Shown here one piece after another: positions 1-12,499 of a DNA stretch of 64,000 bases. Position 1 is the stretch's first letter. Each line of letters opens with the position of its first letter. The DNA is taken from assembly GCA_964016885.1 (NCBI GenBank), contig OZ024743.1:176080001-176144000 (forward strand). The letters are read 5' to 3'. A program made the translations under genes and the position numbers. Source of the stretch: Eledone cirrhosa. Its lineage: Eukaryota. Below the pieces are notes generated by a model. The model saw only the letters and a list, made by a program, of their open reading frames with translations, was not told the origin of the DNA and ran no database searches.

Positions 1-84
1 CAACTTTACTGAACTGTTAGTGGAAGTTGGCAACAGGGCGCCCTGTCATAATTTGGTAGCCGGCTAGATAACATTATTAAGACA

Positions 85-470
85 AGGGCGGTGGATTGGC
101 AGTATCGGTAGAGGGTCGGACGCCATGCTTTCCCGCATAGTTACGTCCCTTTACGATCTGAGTTCAAATCCCGCCGAGGTTGACTTTGCCTTTCATCCTT
201 ACGGGGTCGATAAAATAAAGTACCAGTAATGCACTGGTTAATTGCTGGCCTTGTGCCTAAAGTAGAAACAATTATTAAGACAAGAGCGGTGGCTTGGCAG
301 TATCGGTAGCGGGTCGGACGCCATGCTTTCCAGCATAGTTACGTCCCTTTACGCTCTGTGTTCAAATCCCGCCGAGGTTAACTTTGCCTTTCATCCTCAC
401 GGTGTCGATAAAATAAAGTACCAGTAATGTACTGGTTATTTGATGGCCTTGTGCCAAAAGTAGAAATAAT
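85..470 (+). mobile_element. Two tandem copies of a tRNA-derived SINE (family A)
   Basis: Near-identical ~190 bp units at 85-275 and 285-470, each with an A-box-like GGTGGATTGGCAG, a B-box-like GAGTTCAAATCCC and a shared body GCCGAGGTTRACTTTGCCTTTCATCCTTACGGGGTCGATAAAATAAAGTACCAGT that recurs many times in the window. Confidence 0.85.
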
Positions 471-479
471 TATTTAGAC

Positions 480-860
480 AAATACCGGGGATTGTCCAGC
501 CGTTTTCTCTTCGTACTGGTCGCCGTTGAGACCTCAGGCGTCCTCGGACCCCGTACAGATGACCTCCTCCGCAAGTTCGCAACGTCAGTAGCCCGTCTGA
601 AGAAGGAGCGCAACGATGTAGGGTGGCAGTCACAGCGGGCGTCGCTGGCCATTATCCGCGGAAATGCTTTTGCAGTTTAATTCGCGGCATGCAGCCCCAA
701 CACCATCACCCTCTCCCCATCTCCCTCCTTTTTTTCTGTGGCCCTAGAGTCCATTCCCTTTCCCAATACGTTGATTGACACCTGTGATGAATGACAACTC
801 TCCCTCACCACTCTCTAAAACAACAAAAGAAATGAAATAAAACTTTCAAAAGAGAAAAAA
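480..860 (+). mobile_element. 3' fragment of a CRE-clade (RLE-type) non-LTR retrotransposon
   Basis: 480-680 translates KYRGLSSRFLFVLVAVETSGVLGP...QRASLAIIRGNAFAV*, matching the recalled CRE-type C-terminal pattern (KY...F.P.A.ET.G..G...QR.S.A..RGNA); followed by a pyrimidine-rich UTR and an A-rich end. Confidence 0.7.
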
Positions 861-879
861 TGTTTGCATAAGATTGCGA

Positions 880-1070
880 GAGTGGCGGATAAACTGATTT
901 ATGGTATATGTTTCCGCTTTTTAAGTTCTGAGTTCACATACCGTCGAGGTCACCTTTCCATTTTCTTTTTTTCGAAGTCGATAAAATTAAGTAACGGTCT
1001 TGTACTGGGATCGATATAATCGAATTGCTCGTTTCCCAAATCGCCGGCCTAGTGCCAATAGTAGAAAACA
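880..1070 (+). mobile_element. Degenerate SINE family A copy
   Basis: GAGTTCACATACCGTCGAGGTCACCTTT...GTCGATAAAATTAAGTA...GCCTAGTGCCAATAGTAGAAAAC aligns by eye to the 85-275 unit. Confidence 0.7.
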
Positions 1071-1297
1071 TTATCTACTTATATATATAACCAGCAATTT
1101 CTCTGTCTGTCTGTCCGACAGTGGAAACACGTGCGTAGAGAGAGAGTGAGATTGAAAGAAAGAGACAGACTACGAGAGGGGGATAGCGGGAGGGAGAGAG
1201 TGAATAGACGCTAAAACACGTGCTACAGAAACATTACCTTCCCCTATCCACTGACTTTGGTCACTGAGGCCGAGGGAATCGCGCTGAGCGCGTCATA

Positions 1298-1574
1298 ATG
1301 ACGTAATGCAGACAGCCAGACATACAGACAGATATTATAAGGGCGCAACGTTATATCTATGTATCTATCTAAAAAGAAAGACTAAGAATTATATAGAGAG
1401 AACGCTAAATCGCCTAATGCGGTCTCTAGGGCATTGAAAATTTGAAATAATTTTTGCTCAAAACACTCACAGGACCATAAGTATTACATGTCTAAAGTTT
1501 GAAAACAATCGGTTGGATGGTTCTCAAGTTTTAGTGAGCTGACAGACAGACATTCTCTGTTTTAGATATATAGA
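1298..1574 (-). mobile_element. Non-autonomous Helitron-like element, 5' part (left arm of palindrome)
   Basis: Minus strand begins TCTATATATCTAAAACAGAGAATGTCTGTC at 1574 and is an inverted, diverged copy of 1611-1893. Confidence 0.55.
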
Positions 1575-1610
1575 CTAGCAGAAAACTGCCCCCGGGTGAT
1601 TTTCTGCTAG

Positions 1611-2604
<994 letters not shown>

Positions 2605-3022
2605 TTAATAATAATTGTTGGATTTCCAGCCAACGGCGAAAGCGTTAACATCTTATATACATATATCCAATCTAGGGCCTTCTCACTCATGTTGGAGGAA
2701 CTCCTCCCTGGTTCACCTTCACACCTTTCTGTTTTGTTTTGGTCATGCCAGGTGTGTAGCCATACTCATCTTGGTTGGTCATTGCTGGATCGTGATATTT
2801 AACCCATACTTGAAGTGGATGGCAGCTGAATCTGAGAAATTCTCCACCCTTTTAGCAGCTCCTATGTTTTTGTGGTGCTGGTGTTTCATTTGCCTTCCTC
2901 ACCAGATCAGGGTTTGGTGGCGGAGCTGGCTTAGTTGCAGCCGCTCGGCCATGAAGGAAGTAGTACTGGGTTATATGGTACCAGTAGCAGGTATCCTACC
3001 GAGGTTAGCTATACGTTTCATC

Positions 3023-3320
3023 CTTACCGTGATCCATAAAATATAGCACCGGTAACTTACCGTGGTCCATAAAATATAGCACCGGTAACTTACCGTGGTC
3101 CATAAAATATAGCACCGGTAACTTACCGTGGTCCATAAAATATAGCACCGGTAACTTACCGTGGTCCATAACATATAGCACCGGTAACTTACCGTGGTCC
3201 ATAAAATATAGCACCGGTAACTTACCGTGGTCCATAAAATATAGCACCGGTAACTTACCGTGGTCCATAAAATATAGCACCGGTAACTTACCGTGGTCCA
3301 TAAATTATAGCACCGGTAAC
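3023..3320. repeat. 33-bp minisatellite (~9 copies) inside a SINE
   Basis: Unit CTTACCGTGGTCCATAAAATATAGCACCGGTAA in tandem; flanks 2998-3022 and 3321-3392 continue the SINE family A sequence. Confidence 0.95.
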
Positions 3321-4207
3321 GCACTGGGTTCGATTTAATTGACTTCCCTTTTCCCAAAATTATTTACTTTGCGCCTAGATCAGAAACAATTACACACACA
3401 CACACACGCTCACACACACACACACTCACACACACACACATACACACACACACACATACACACACACACACACACACTCACACACATATATATAATATAT
3501 ATTCACGAGAACAAATAGTAAATGTAAACACAGATACAGACATTATAGATTTTTAGCCAAACTGTATAAACCCCTTTAAGTACAATATATTTGTGTACTT
3601 CTGTTTTTAACTGTCCACAAATATTTTACTTATGAATGCATTGTTATATGTATGCAACCTTGGCTTTTGACGGAGTCACAGGGGCACTGTTGTGACATAC
3701 GAGAGAGAGAGAGAGAGAGAGAGAGAGGGTGGAGTGGTGAGAGAGAGGAAGATATATTGGGTGGAAAAGGGACTAATAAAGAGATATAGAAGAGGAATCG
3801 ACCCAAATACTGAACTGGTATTTTTCATCGACTTCTGAAGGATGAAAGAACGAAAAGCAAAATGTACTTCTGAGAGCAGAGAATAGGGACGAAAACCGCA
3901 AAACATTTTATCCGATGTTCTAACGACTCAGCCAATTTACTGCCTAAATCCACTATTATAAGTTACTGAAGTAAAGTGGCCGGACTAATTTGCATACACA
4001 ACACAATCTTGGCAGATATTTCGATTTGTAACGCTTCAAACAAGCCAGCAATACCATGTTATATATCCAAATTGGTCTATCCTGTTTTATTAAGTGACTA
4101 GTAATACTTTACTATGAGGAGTAAAGTACCCATAGAGACAGGGAATGTATGACAAAAACGCTAACTGTTTCTGTCTGGGTGAAATGTTATGTCTTCCATC
4201 CCTCCGG

Positions 4208-4513
4208 GCTCAGATACTACAGCCATGGGGTTAGAATGTCTCAGGAGAAAATCTCTGGACAGATTTTACGTGAAAAACCAACTGGCAAGAGACCCAGGTA
4301 TAGACCCTAAGTAAGATGGTTGGATAACATCCATGAACTTAGCTGGTCTCGCTTGGGATCAGTTGGAGACGGTTGCTTCTGACAGGACCCACTGGAAGGA
4401 GTGTTTGAGGACTCTTCCCCCACGACTCTCTCAGGAATAAGTGGAAGAAGAAGAAGAAGAAGAAGAAGAAGAAGAAGAAGAAGAAGAAGAAGAAGAAGAA
4501 GAAGAAGAAGAAG
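4208..4513 (+). mobile_element. RTE-clade LINE 3' fragment with (GAA)n tail
   Basis: Homologous to 16400-16655 (GTTAGAATGTCTCAGGA...GGTTGGATAACATCCAT...GAGACGGTTGCTTCTGACA...AATAAGTGG), followed by a long (GAA)n run at 4444-4513. Confidence 0.75.
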
Positions 4514-5412
4514 ATCACTCTGGGAGTGATAGATAAACATCAACAATGCCTTGATAGCGAACTAATGCGTTATATTCTCTCCTTTACATGTTTTTGGCAT
4601 TCTGCCAATAAAATAAATTGTTATAAGTGGGTGGCAAAGCAGGGAAAACCGGCAGAGCGCCGAACAATATATTTCGTGATCGATAATGTAAACACTAGCC
4701 AATACTGGGGTGGATTAAATCGACTATGTTGTATCCCAAAATGTGTAGCCTTCAGCTAATATTAGAAATCAATACTAGTTAAAGGATAGTAGAGATAGTC
4801 GTTAATACTGTTAATATTGACAGAAGGGTTACTGATTTCTTATTCAATATCTATATTATATGATTTGCTTAATATCAGTTCAATGTTTTATCTGTAGGGG
4901 TCGATAGCATTAATATAAGTAATATGCTGGATCAATTAAATTGACAGGACACTGCTTTTCTAAGAATTGACTTTATGTCTGCATTAATAAACAGGGGCGG
5001 CAGGTTTATAGAATTGTTTGGGCATCGGACAAAATGCTTTTCCTTTTGAATAAAAATCTTGCATATTTTCCTGAGGTCTTTGAGATAAAATACCAGCCGA
5101 ATATGAACACTGGGTAATTTAATCGAGCCTTCCCCCCTCCTATTATTTGGTCATTAGTAAAAGAGGGACTGTGGATCAGTATTATTGGTATAGCATCAGA
5201 TAAAATATCTTGCGGTAGTTACGTCCTTTTATGTTGTGGTTACGAATATCAACAAGTCCAGCTTTGTCTTTTCTCATTCCAGGGTCGATAAAATAAGTAC
5301 CGGTAAGTATTATACTTATTTTATCGACACATTGTTTTATATAATATATATATGTGTGTGTGTGTGTACAGAGAGACAGAGAATGAGAGAGAAAAACAAA
5401 GAAACTGACTGT

Positions 5413-5494
<82 letters not shown>

Positions 5495-5589
5495 GGGGGA
5501 GAGAAAATAAGATCTATAAGGCTTTAATAAAACGCTTGCTAAGTCGGTTGAAAGAATGGGTAAACAAGATGAGTCGCAGTACCGTGAGT

Positions 5590-5900
5590 AGAAGTGAGTT
5601 CTGACTTCTCGAAGAAACGTTGTTGAATTTACTGTATTTCGTAAAATTTTTAGCTGAAATATTATGACACTTAAACATCTGCTAATATATGTTGTTGATG
5701 GTGTTGTTGTGGTGCTTTTGTGTTTGTTAGCCAACCTTTATTGAAAGGCGTTCCAATCATTACCATCTCGTCTTTTGATATGTCAAGGGGTACATCATCA
5801 AGTGTTTCTGTCTTAAAATGTTTAATTCTAGCAGATTGAGCGAGTGTATATAGGTTCTCTCGTTGCATGATGCCATTATGTTCAAAGTAAAAGTGTTAGA
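5590..5900 (-). pseudogene. Possible decayed GIY-YIG endonuclease fragment of a Penelope-like element
   Basis: Frameshifted pieces NGIMQRENLYTLA...IGTPFNK / LANKHKS...LKILR loosely resemble PLE GIY-YIG domains; adjacent to the hammerhead-bearing repeat at 6075-7050. Confidence 0.3.
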
Positions 5901-6074
5901 TATGATAATTCTTCTACTCAAACATTATTTTTAGTTAAATTACTTTGAAATTTAGATAGGAACATATATACACACACACACACACGCACACGCGCGCACA
6001 CACACATATATAAATACATATATATAGAGAGACAGAGAGATAGATGCATAGATAGATCGACAATACAAGAAATA

Positions 6075-7041
6075 TACAATACAAAGAAATACACAGACAC
6101 ATGCGAATACATATATATACATGCATATACCCACATATATCCCTGAATTTGTGTGGTGCCAACCTTAACCGTTGTTGCTCTATGAATAATAGGGACAAAA
6201 TAATCTGAATGGATTAGATTGATTCAATATCAGAGCTATATAATACATTATAAAGAAAGAAGAAATATCAGATACAATCAGATATAATCAGATACATCAG
6301 ATATAATCCCTTTCGGCATTCTATCTCGCGTCCTACGGACGTTTTTTAAAACTCTAAATGAGGTATCCTCTTGATAAGTCGGCAAACCTCACAAAAATAC
6401 TGCATCTCTATGATGTAAAGCCTATTAGCCACGAAACTACGTAGTCGAGGATAATAAAGGAATTTAGGTATATTATATCTTTTTATTTATATCTAATGTT
6501 TCTTCTTTCTTTATAATGTATTATATAGCTCTGATATTGAATCAATCTAATCCATTCGGATGATTTTGTCACGATTATTCATAAAACAACAACGGTTAAG
6601 GTTGGCACCACACAAATTCAGGGATATATGTGGGTATATGCATGTATATATATGTATTCGCATGTGTCTGTGTATTTCTGTGTATTGTTTATAACTCCCT
6701 ACGGTAGAGTAACCACTGAAGTATAGTGACTGCTGTTAAGCTTACACTACTCACACTTCTCGCCATCCTAGCCAACTCTTCTACGGCCTTGATATAAATA
6801 CCCACTCCGCATTTTGTGGTATTTTTCTCTTGGTTGTAAGAGGCTTAGCTCTGTTTCTTGACCGCTGTATCACGTGATAAGTTTCCCCTCCGGCTTTCGG
6901 GATTCTATCTCGCGCCCTACGGACGTGTTTTGAAACTCTAAATGAGGTATCCTCTTGATAAGTCGGCAAACTTCACAAATATACTAAACGGAATTTAGGT
7001 ATATTATATCTTTTTCTTTATATCTAATGTTTCTTCTTTCT

Positions 7042-7050
<9 letters not shown>
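6075..7050. mobile_element. Penelope-like pseudo-LTR structure (inverted plus direct repeats)
   Basis: ~200 bp inverted repeat 6075-6275 / 6488-6688; direct repeat 6311-6517 / 6895-7048 (second copy internally deleted); contains a hammerhead motif followed by AATAAA; ends in (TA)n. Confidence 0.6.
6364..6453 (+). ncRNA. Type I hammerhead ribozyme motif, U3-A8 core variant
   Basis: Stem I TATCCTC/GAGGATA (7 bp perfect); core TTGATAA; stem II GT(C)GGC/GCCAC with long loop; GAAA; palindromic helix III A-CTACGTAG-T; GUC cleavage triplet at 6444-6446. Confidence 0.7.
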
Positions 7051-7089
<39 letters not shown>

Positions 7090-7097
7090 TAGACAGG

Positions 7098-7162
<65 letters not shown>

Positions 7163-7195
7163 GGATAAATAAATAGCCAAGTAGATAGATAGATA
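7048..7195. repeat. (TA)n followed by (GATA)n microsatellite
   Basis: Direct reading; the (GATA)n run abuts the 3' end of Tx1 copy 1. Confidence 0.95.
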
Positions 7196-8881
7196 TATTT
7201 CTTTATTAGCCACAGGGGCACAAAAGAAGGGGACAAATACAAAGGGGGAAGTTTACATACAATAAAAACGTGTAAAATGTTATCACAGATGGAATTTAAA
7301 AGTTAGTCGATTTTCCCCAATAGAGGGAGACAGTTTATATGGGTAACACAGACCCCCGAAAAAAATGTGCAACCCTCATCTCCAGGAGTACGAAGAGCTT
7401 GTACTCCTTTCCTCTCCTCCTTCTTTTCCTCAACCTACAGGCTGATATAGAGAGAAGGCCCATTCACTCGGGCCATTCTCGCCACTTTCACCCACCTTTC
7501 ATAAAACTTGCTGGGGTACAGCACCTCTCTCTCCATCCTGATTCTTCTTCCAAAGTGGTATTTGAAAAAAAGAATCAGTTGTTGGCCGGAGAGAAAGGTG
7601 TCTGACCTCAGCCCTTTCAACCTTGTCCACCATACAACCTCTTTCGCCATAGCTATCACACAAAGGAAAACCGCCTCTCCTTCGTTTTTGAAGGAGGGTG
7701 GCGGTTTGATCATGACAATGGACTCGGTGGTCAACTGGATTGGTCCCACCCGCGACAATAGTCGTTCTACATAGCCCCACAGGTCAGTGACGCCCGGGCA
7801 GTGTATGAATGCGTGCGCGACGGTTTCTTCGTCTCGCACGCACCTCGGACAGATCTTTTTTGCAGGGTCCCTGCCCGGGCGCCCATGTCTGTAGAGCTTG
7901 TCTCGAACTGGTAGAGCTCCTCGGTAGCACTGCCAGGCCAGGGACTTTTGGAAGTTGTCCATCGGTCCCGGGCGGCAGGTCCTACCGAACAGACTGGCCA
8001 GTTCATCTTCCTCCACGCCTAGAGTTTCACCGAGCGCGTCGTCGCACTTGCTGCGGACCAACCCTCTATAGAATGACGAAGTGGAGTCTCCACTGATCGC
8101 CGGGTCCGCCTGCCAGAGGGCTGTGAGCGCCTGAGCACATTCGATGTGCCAGTCGCCCATTTTCCTCGGTCTCTGCTTGACCCAGGACTGTAGCTCGGTC
8201 AGTGAGACGAGTCGTGGGAAGGCTCGCCTCACGAACGGGGCCCACACCGGTTGTCCGGTGAGGAATACGTAGAGATGCCGCAGCCTGAGCGCGTGTTTGC
8301 GCATCGTCAACCACGGCATCCCCAGCCCTCCGTTAGAAGGGTGTTGGCAGCAGATGGATCTTCTTACCAAAGGAGCCCGCCTCTTCCAAAGGAATCGGAA
8401 GAGGGCGCGCTCCATTTTGGCGAGCGTTTTGGCTGGACAAGGCACGACGGTCAAGCGGTAGTAGATGGCGGACGCTATAAAAGTGTTCGCCACCTCCGCT
8501 CGACCTTTCAAGGATAGTTTGCACTCGGCCCACTTCTGGGTGAGTGCAAACACCTTGGCCGTCACTTCGTTCCAGTTCTTCTCCACCTGGAGGTCCGGAC
8601 CAAACCAGACCCCGAGCAGCTTTACCGGTCCTTCCGTCCAGCGTCCGACGACGCCATCGGAAGGCATCGGTCTGCCTCTCCACGATCCGAGTTGCAAACC
8701 GATGGACTTGTCCCGGTTCAGCTTCGCTCCTGTGAGACTTTCGTATTCCTTTAGTAAGGTGCCGACTTTCTCGATTTGCGAGGCGCTCGACACCATTACT
8801 GTCACGTCGTCGGCGTAGGCCGACGCCGCTTTCCGCAGTCCCGGTTCCAGAGAGATGCCCTGCAATAGCTCCAGCTTCCGC

Positions 8882-8883
<2 letters not shown>
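7195..8883 (-). mobile_element. Tx1-clade LINE, 5'-truncated copy 1 (ORF2 C-terminal part open)
   Basis: ORF 7435-8865 has RT YADD, LGVWF, GGLG and the C-terminal CCHC zinc finger (CPRC...EETVAHAFIHC); 3' end GGCTAATAAAGAAATAT runs into (ATCT)n; 5' truncation point joins directly to (GATA)n at ~8883. Confidence 0.92.
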
Positions 8884-8914
<31 letters not shown>

Positions 8915-9175
8915 TGTTTCTTTTATTTGCCACCAGGGCTTCAAAAGTGGGAAAGTACAATGGGGGGTGTTTACAAAATAAGGCGTCCTCAATAAGGAGG
9001 AGGCAATAACAAAATATAAAAATAAAATAAAATATAACAGAATAAAATATATAACAAAATCCTCAATAGAGAGGAGGCGCCTTGGGGGATCGCACACACC
9101 CCCGATAAAAGTGTGCAACTCTTTTCCTCAGGAGCACAGAGAGAAGGTGCTCCCTTGGTCTTTCATCTTCCTCAC

Positions 9176-12100
9176 CTATAGTCTGATGTAGAGTGAAGGC
9201 CCATTCACACGGGCCATTCTCGCCACTTTCACCCATCTTTCATAAAAACGGCTGGGGTGCAGCACCTCTCTCTCCATCCTGATCCTTCTTCCGAAATGAT
9301 ATCTGAAGAAACGGACCAGTTGTTGGCCAGAGAGAAAGGTGTCTGACCTCAGTCCTTTCAGACGCGTCCACCATACAACCTCTTTCGCCATGGCTATTAT
9401 GCACAGAAACACCGCCTCTCCTTCGTTTTTGAAGAGGGGGGGGGCTTGATCGTTACAATAGACTCGGTGGTCAACCGGATCGGTCCCACCCTTGACAGCA
9501 GTTGTTCGACATAGCCCCACAGATCAGCAATGCCCGAGCAGTGTACCAATGCGTGTGCAACGGTTTCCTCGTCGCACACGCATCTGGGACAGATCTTTTT
9601 CGAGGGGTCCCTACCCGGGCGCCCGTGTCTGTAGAGCCTTTCTCGAACGGGCAGAGCCCTTCTGTAGCACTGCCAGGCCAGGGACTTCTGGAAGTTATCC
9701 ATGGGTCCCGGGCGGAATGTCCTACCGAACAGGTTAGCCAATTCGTCTTCCTCCATGCCTAGGGCTTCTCCGAGGGCGTTGTCGCACCTGCTAACCACCA
9801 GCCCTCTATAGAATGACGAGGTGGATTCTCCACTGACAGTCTGGTCCGCCTGCCAAAGAGCCGTGAGCGCCTGGGCACACTCGGTGCGCCAGGCGCCCAG
9901 TTTTCTCGGTCTTTGCTTGACCCAGGATTGCAGCTCGGTGAGTGAGACGAGTCTGGGAAAGGCTCGCCTCACAAACGGGGCCCACACCGGTTGACCGGAG
10001 AGGAATACCTGGAGGTGCCGGAGCCTTAATGCGTGTTTACGTATCATTAGCCACGGCATCCCCAGCCCTCCTTTCGAAGTGTGTTGACAGCAGATGGATC
10101 TCCTCACCATAGGAGCCCGCTTCTTCCAAAGGAATTGGAAGAGTGCGCGCTCCATTTTGGCGAGCGTTTCCCTTGGGCAAGGCACAACGGTCAAGCGGTA
10201 GTAGATGACGGACGCTATATAAGTGTTCGCCACCTCCGCCCGACCTTTCAGGGATAGTTTGCAACTGGCCCACTTCTGTGTCAGTGCAAACACCCTGTTC
10301 GTTACCTCACCTGTTCGTTCTTCTCCACCTGGAGGTCTGGTCCGAACCAGACCCTGAGCAACTTCACCGGGCCCTCTGTCCAGCGCCCGACGACGCCATC
10401 GGAGGGCATCGATCTGCCGCTCCACGTGCCGAGTTGCAGACCGATCGACTTGTCCCGGTTCAGCTTAGCCCCTGTAAACCTTTCGTACTCCTCCAGTAAG
10501 GTGCCGATCGCCCCGATTTCCGAGGCCGTAGACACCATTACTGTTACGTCGTCGGCGTAGGCCGACACCGCTTTCCGCAATCCCGGTTCCAACGGGATGC
10601 CCTGCAACAACTCCAACTTCCGCAGCAGTGGCTCTAGAGTCATTACATACAGAAGGGAGGAGAGAGGGCACCCCTGTCGGATGGACCGCGCGATTTCGAA
10701 CGGCTCCGAGAGGTAGCCGTTCACCTTGACCCTAGAGCAGATACGGCTGCTGTGCATGGCATTGATCCAACCCCTGAAAACGGGTCCGAAGCCTGCCGCC
10801 GCTAGCACCGCATCCAGGTAACCATGGTCGACCCTATCGAATGCCTTAGATTGATCCAAGTTGATCAGGGCCCCACCAAAGCCGGGTTCGTTCCCAACCC
10901 TCTATATGATGTATCGCATGAGGTGAAGGTTGTCGTGGATGGACCTGGACGGGATAGCACATGTCTGCGCATCTCCCACCAGGTTGCCCACGACAAGCGC
11001 CAACCTTGGCCAAAATCTGTAACTCTGTATTTAGCAGAGTTATGGGCCTGAAATTATTTATATCGTCCCCCTTGTTCTCGTCCTTCCTCACTAGCGTGAC
11101 TACGCCCCTGGTCACAGCACAGGGAATTCTCCCGTTCTGTTGCCAGTTGCAGTTGCCGCCTCGAGGAGATCGGGGAGCAAGTCCGGCATAGCCAGATATA
11201 GTTCGTATGGAAGACCATCGAGACCCAGAGATTTTCGTTTGCCGCATTGGCTCAGTACGTCCTCTATCTCAGCGGCTGAAATCGGCTCCTCGCAGGACTT
11301 CGCCTCCCTGTCCGAGAGACGCGGCAGGCCGTCGAGGTATGGACCGAAGTCCACATCCCCAACCGGCCCCCCGCCCCTTCCGAACAATCCGGCAAAGTGC
11401 TTTTGAAAAGCCTCGCACATCTGCTTAGGTTCAAGGATCACCCGTCCATCCTGGTCTCGCAAAGACCGGATAGTGGATCTGCTCCCTCTTTTGGCTTCTG
11501 TCACGCGGGCCCAGCCAACAGCTTTGGTCCCCTCGTTTCCCAGAGCACGTATTTTGCCTCGGACGATGCAGCCTTCGTGTTTCGCGTCGAAGAACTGGCC
11601 CAGGGCCGTTCTAGACGCTAGCACTCTGGCCATGTCGCCGCTTCTAATTGCCTCTTCTACACTATCTACCAACTCTTTTTCCTTCCTATTTCTATTTGAG
11701 GCTAACTCCTTACTAAATTCTATAGAGACTACTCTAATCTCTCTTTTGAGAGATCCCCACCACCTGCTGTTGATGATGGCGCCCGTCAACCGCTCCTTAA
11801 CTAAAGTGCTAATCCGGTCCCTGTAAGCCTTACTTGCCGGTAAGGACAAGTTGAGCTTCCAGTAACCGGGTCCCTGTATATGAGTTCTGTCAAGGTTGAC
11901 CATGCAGGTCACTAATTTGTGGTCTGAATAGCCAACCATGCGCATTTTTGGACAACTAAAAAGTCCTTATCCTTAATTCTAACTAAGAACCTATCTAGGT
12001 ACGACGTAGATGATCCGCTACGATTTGCCTAAGTCCAGGTTGGTGCAGTCGGAAAATCTAGTCGATATCTATCGGCCAGATCAAATCGACCGATTAACCC

Positions 12101-12433
12101 TTTGAGCCTATTACACTCCTCTCTATCGGGACAGGACCCTACGTAGTCCCAGCGTGCATCTAGGATACCATTCCAGTCCCCCACTAATAGCAAGGAACCT
12201 AGAAAAGTCCCTAGAAAAGTCTCCAGACGATGGAAGAAATCCGACCGCATTGACCCGAAAGGGCCGTATGCGGCTACCAACCTAAACGCTCCGCCTTCAC
12301 CACTGCCAAGGTCCAGAACCATTAGTCGACCCTCCGGGTCCAAATGTACCATCTGTGTTGCGAGACCCAGATGTTTTTGCAGCAGAACGACAACCCCACC
12401 TCCACCTCCGGGCTGACAGAGAGATGCGTGCAT
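9176..12433 (-). pseudogene. Tx1 ORF2 (APE endonuclease, reverse transcriptase, zinc finger), disrupted by several frameshifts
   Basis: APE motifs GRLMVLDL, LVAAYGP, VGDWNG, SDHKLV, GYWKLN; RT motifs GLDGLPYE, FRPITLLN, DQSKAFDRV, RQGCPLS, YADD; CPRC...HALVHC; spread over ORFs 12029-12433, 11112-11945, 10846-11247, 10302-10859, 9397-10425 and 9176-9520. Confidence 0.9.
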
Positions 12434-12499
12434 CTCAAATGATCTCAGGTCATGGTTTGTGGAAGTGTAGGGGCATCAGTGTGTTGTGTGGTTGGGGTG

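Noticed and set aside
2615-3046. 143-aa ORF in unique-looking sequence
   Set aside because: No recognisable domain, non-ATG start, and it runs into the SINE and minisatellite
3023-3320. 33-bp repeats resembling a CRISPR array
   Set aside because: Units are directly adjacent with no spacers, derive from a SINE, and there are no cas genes
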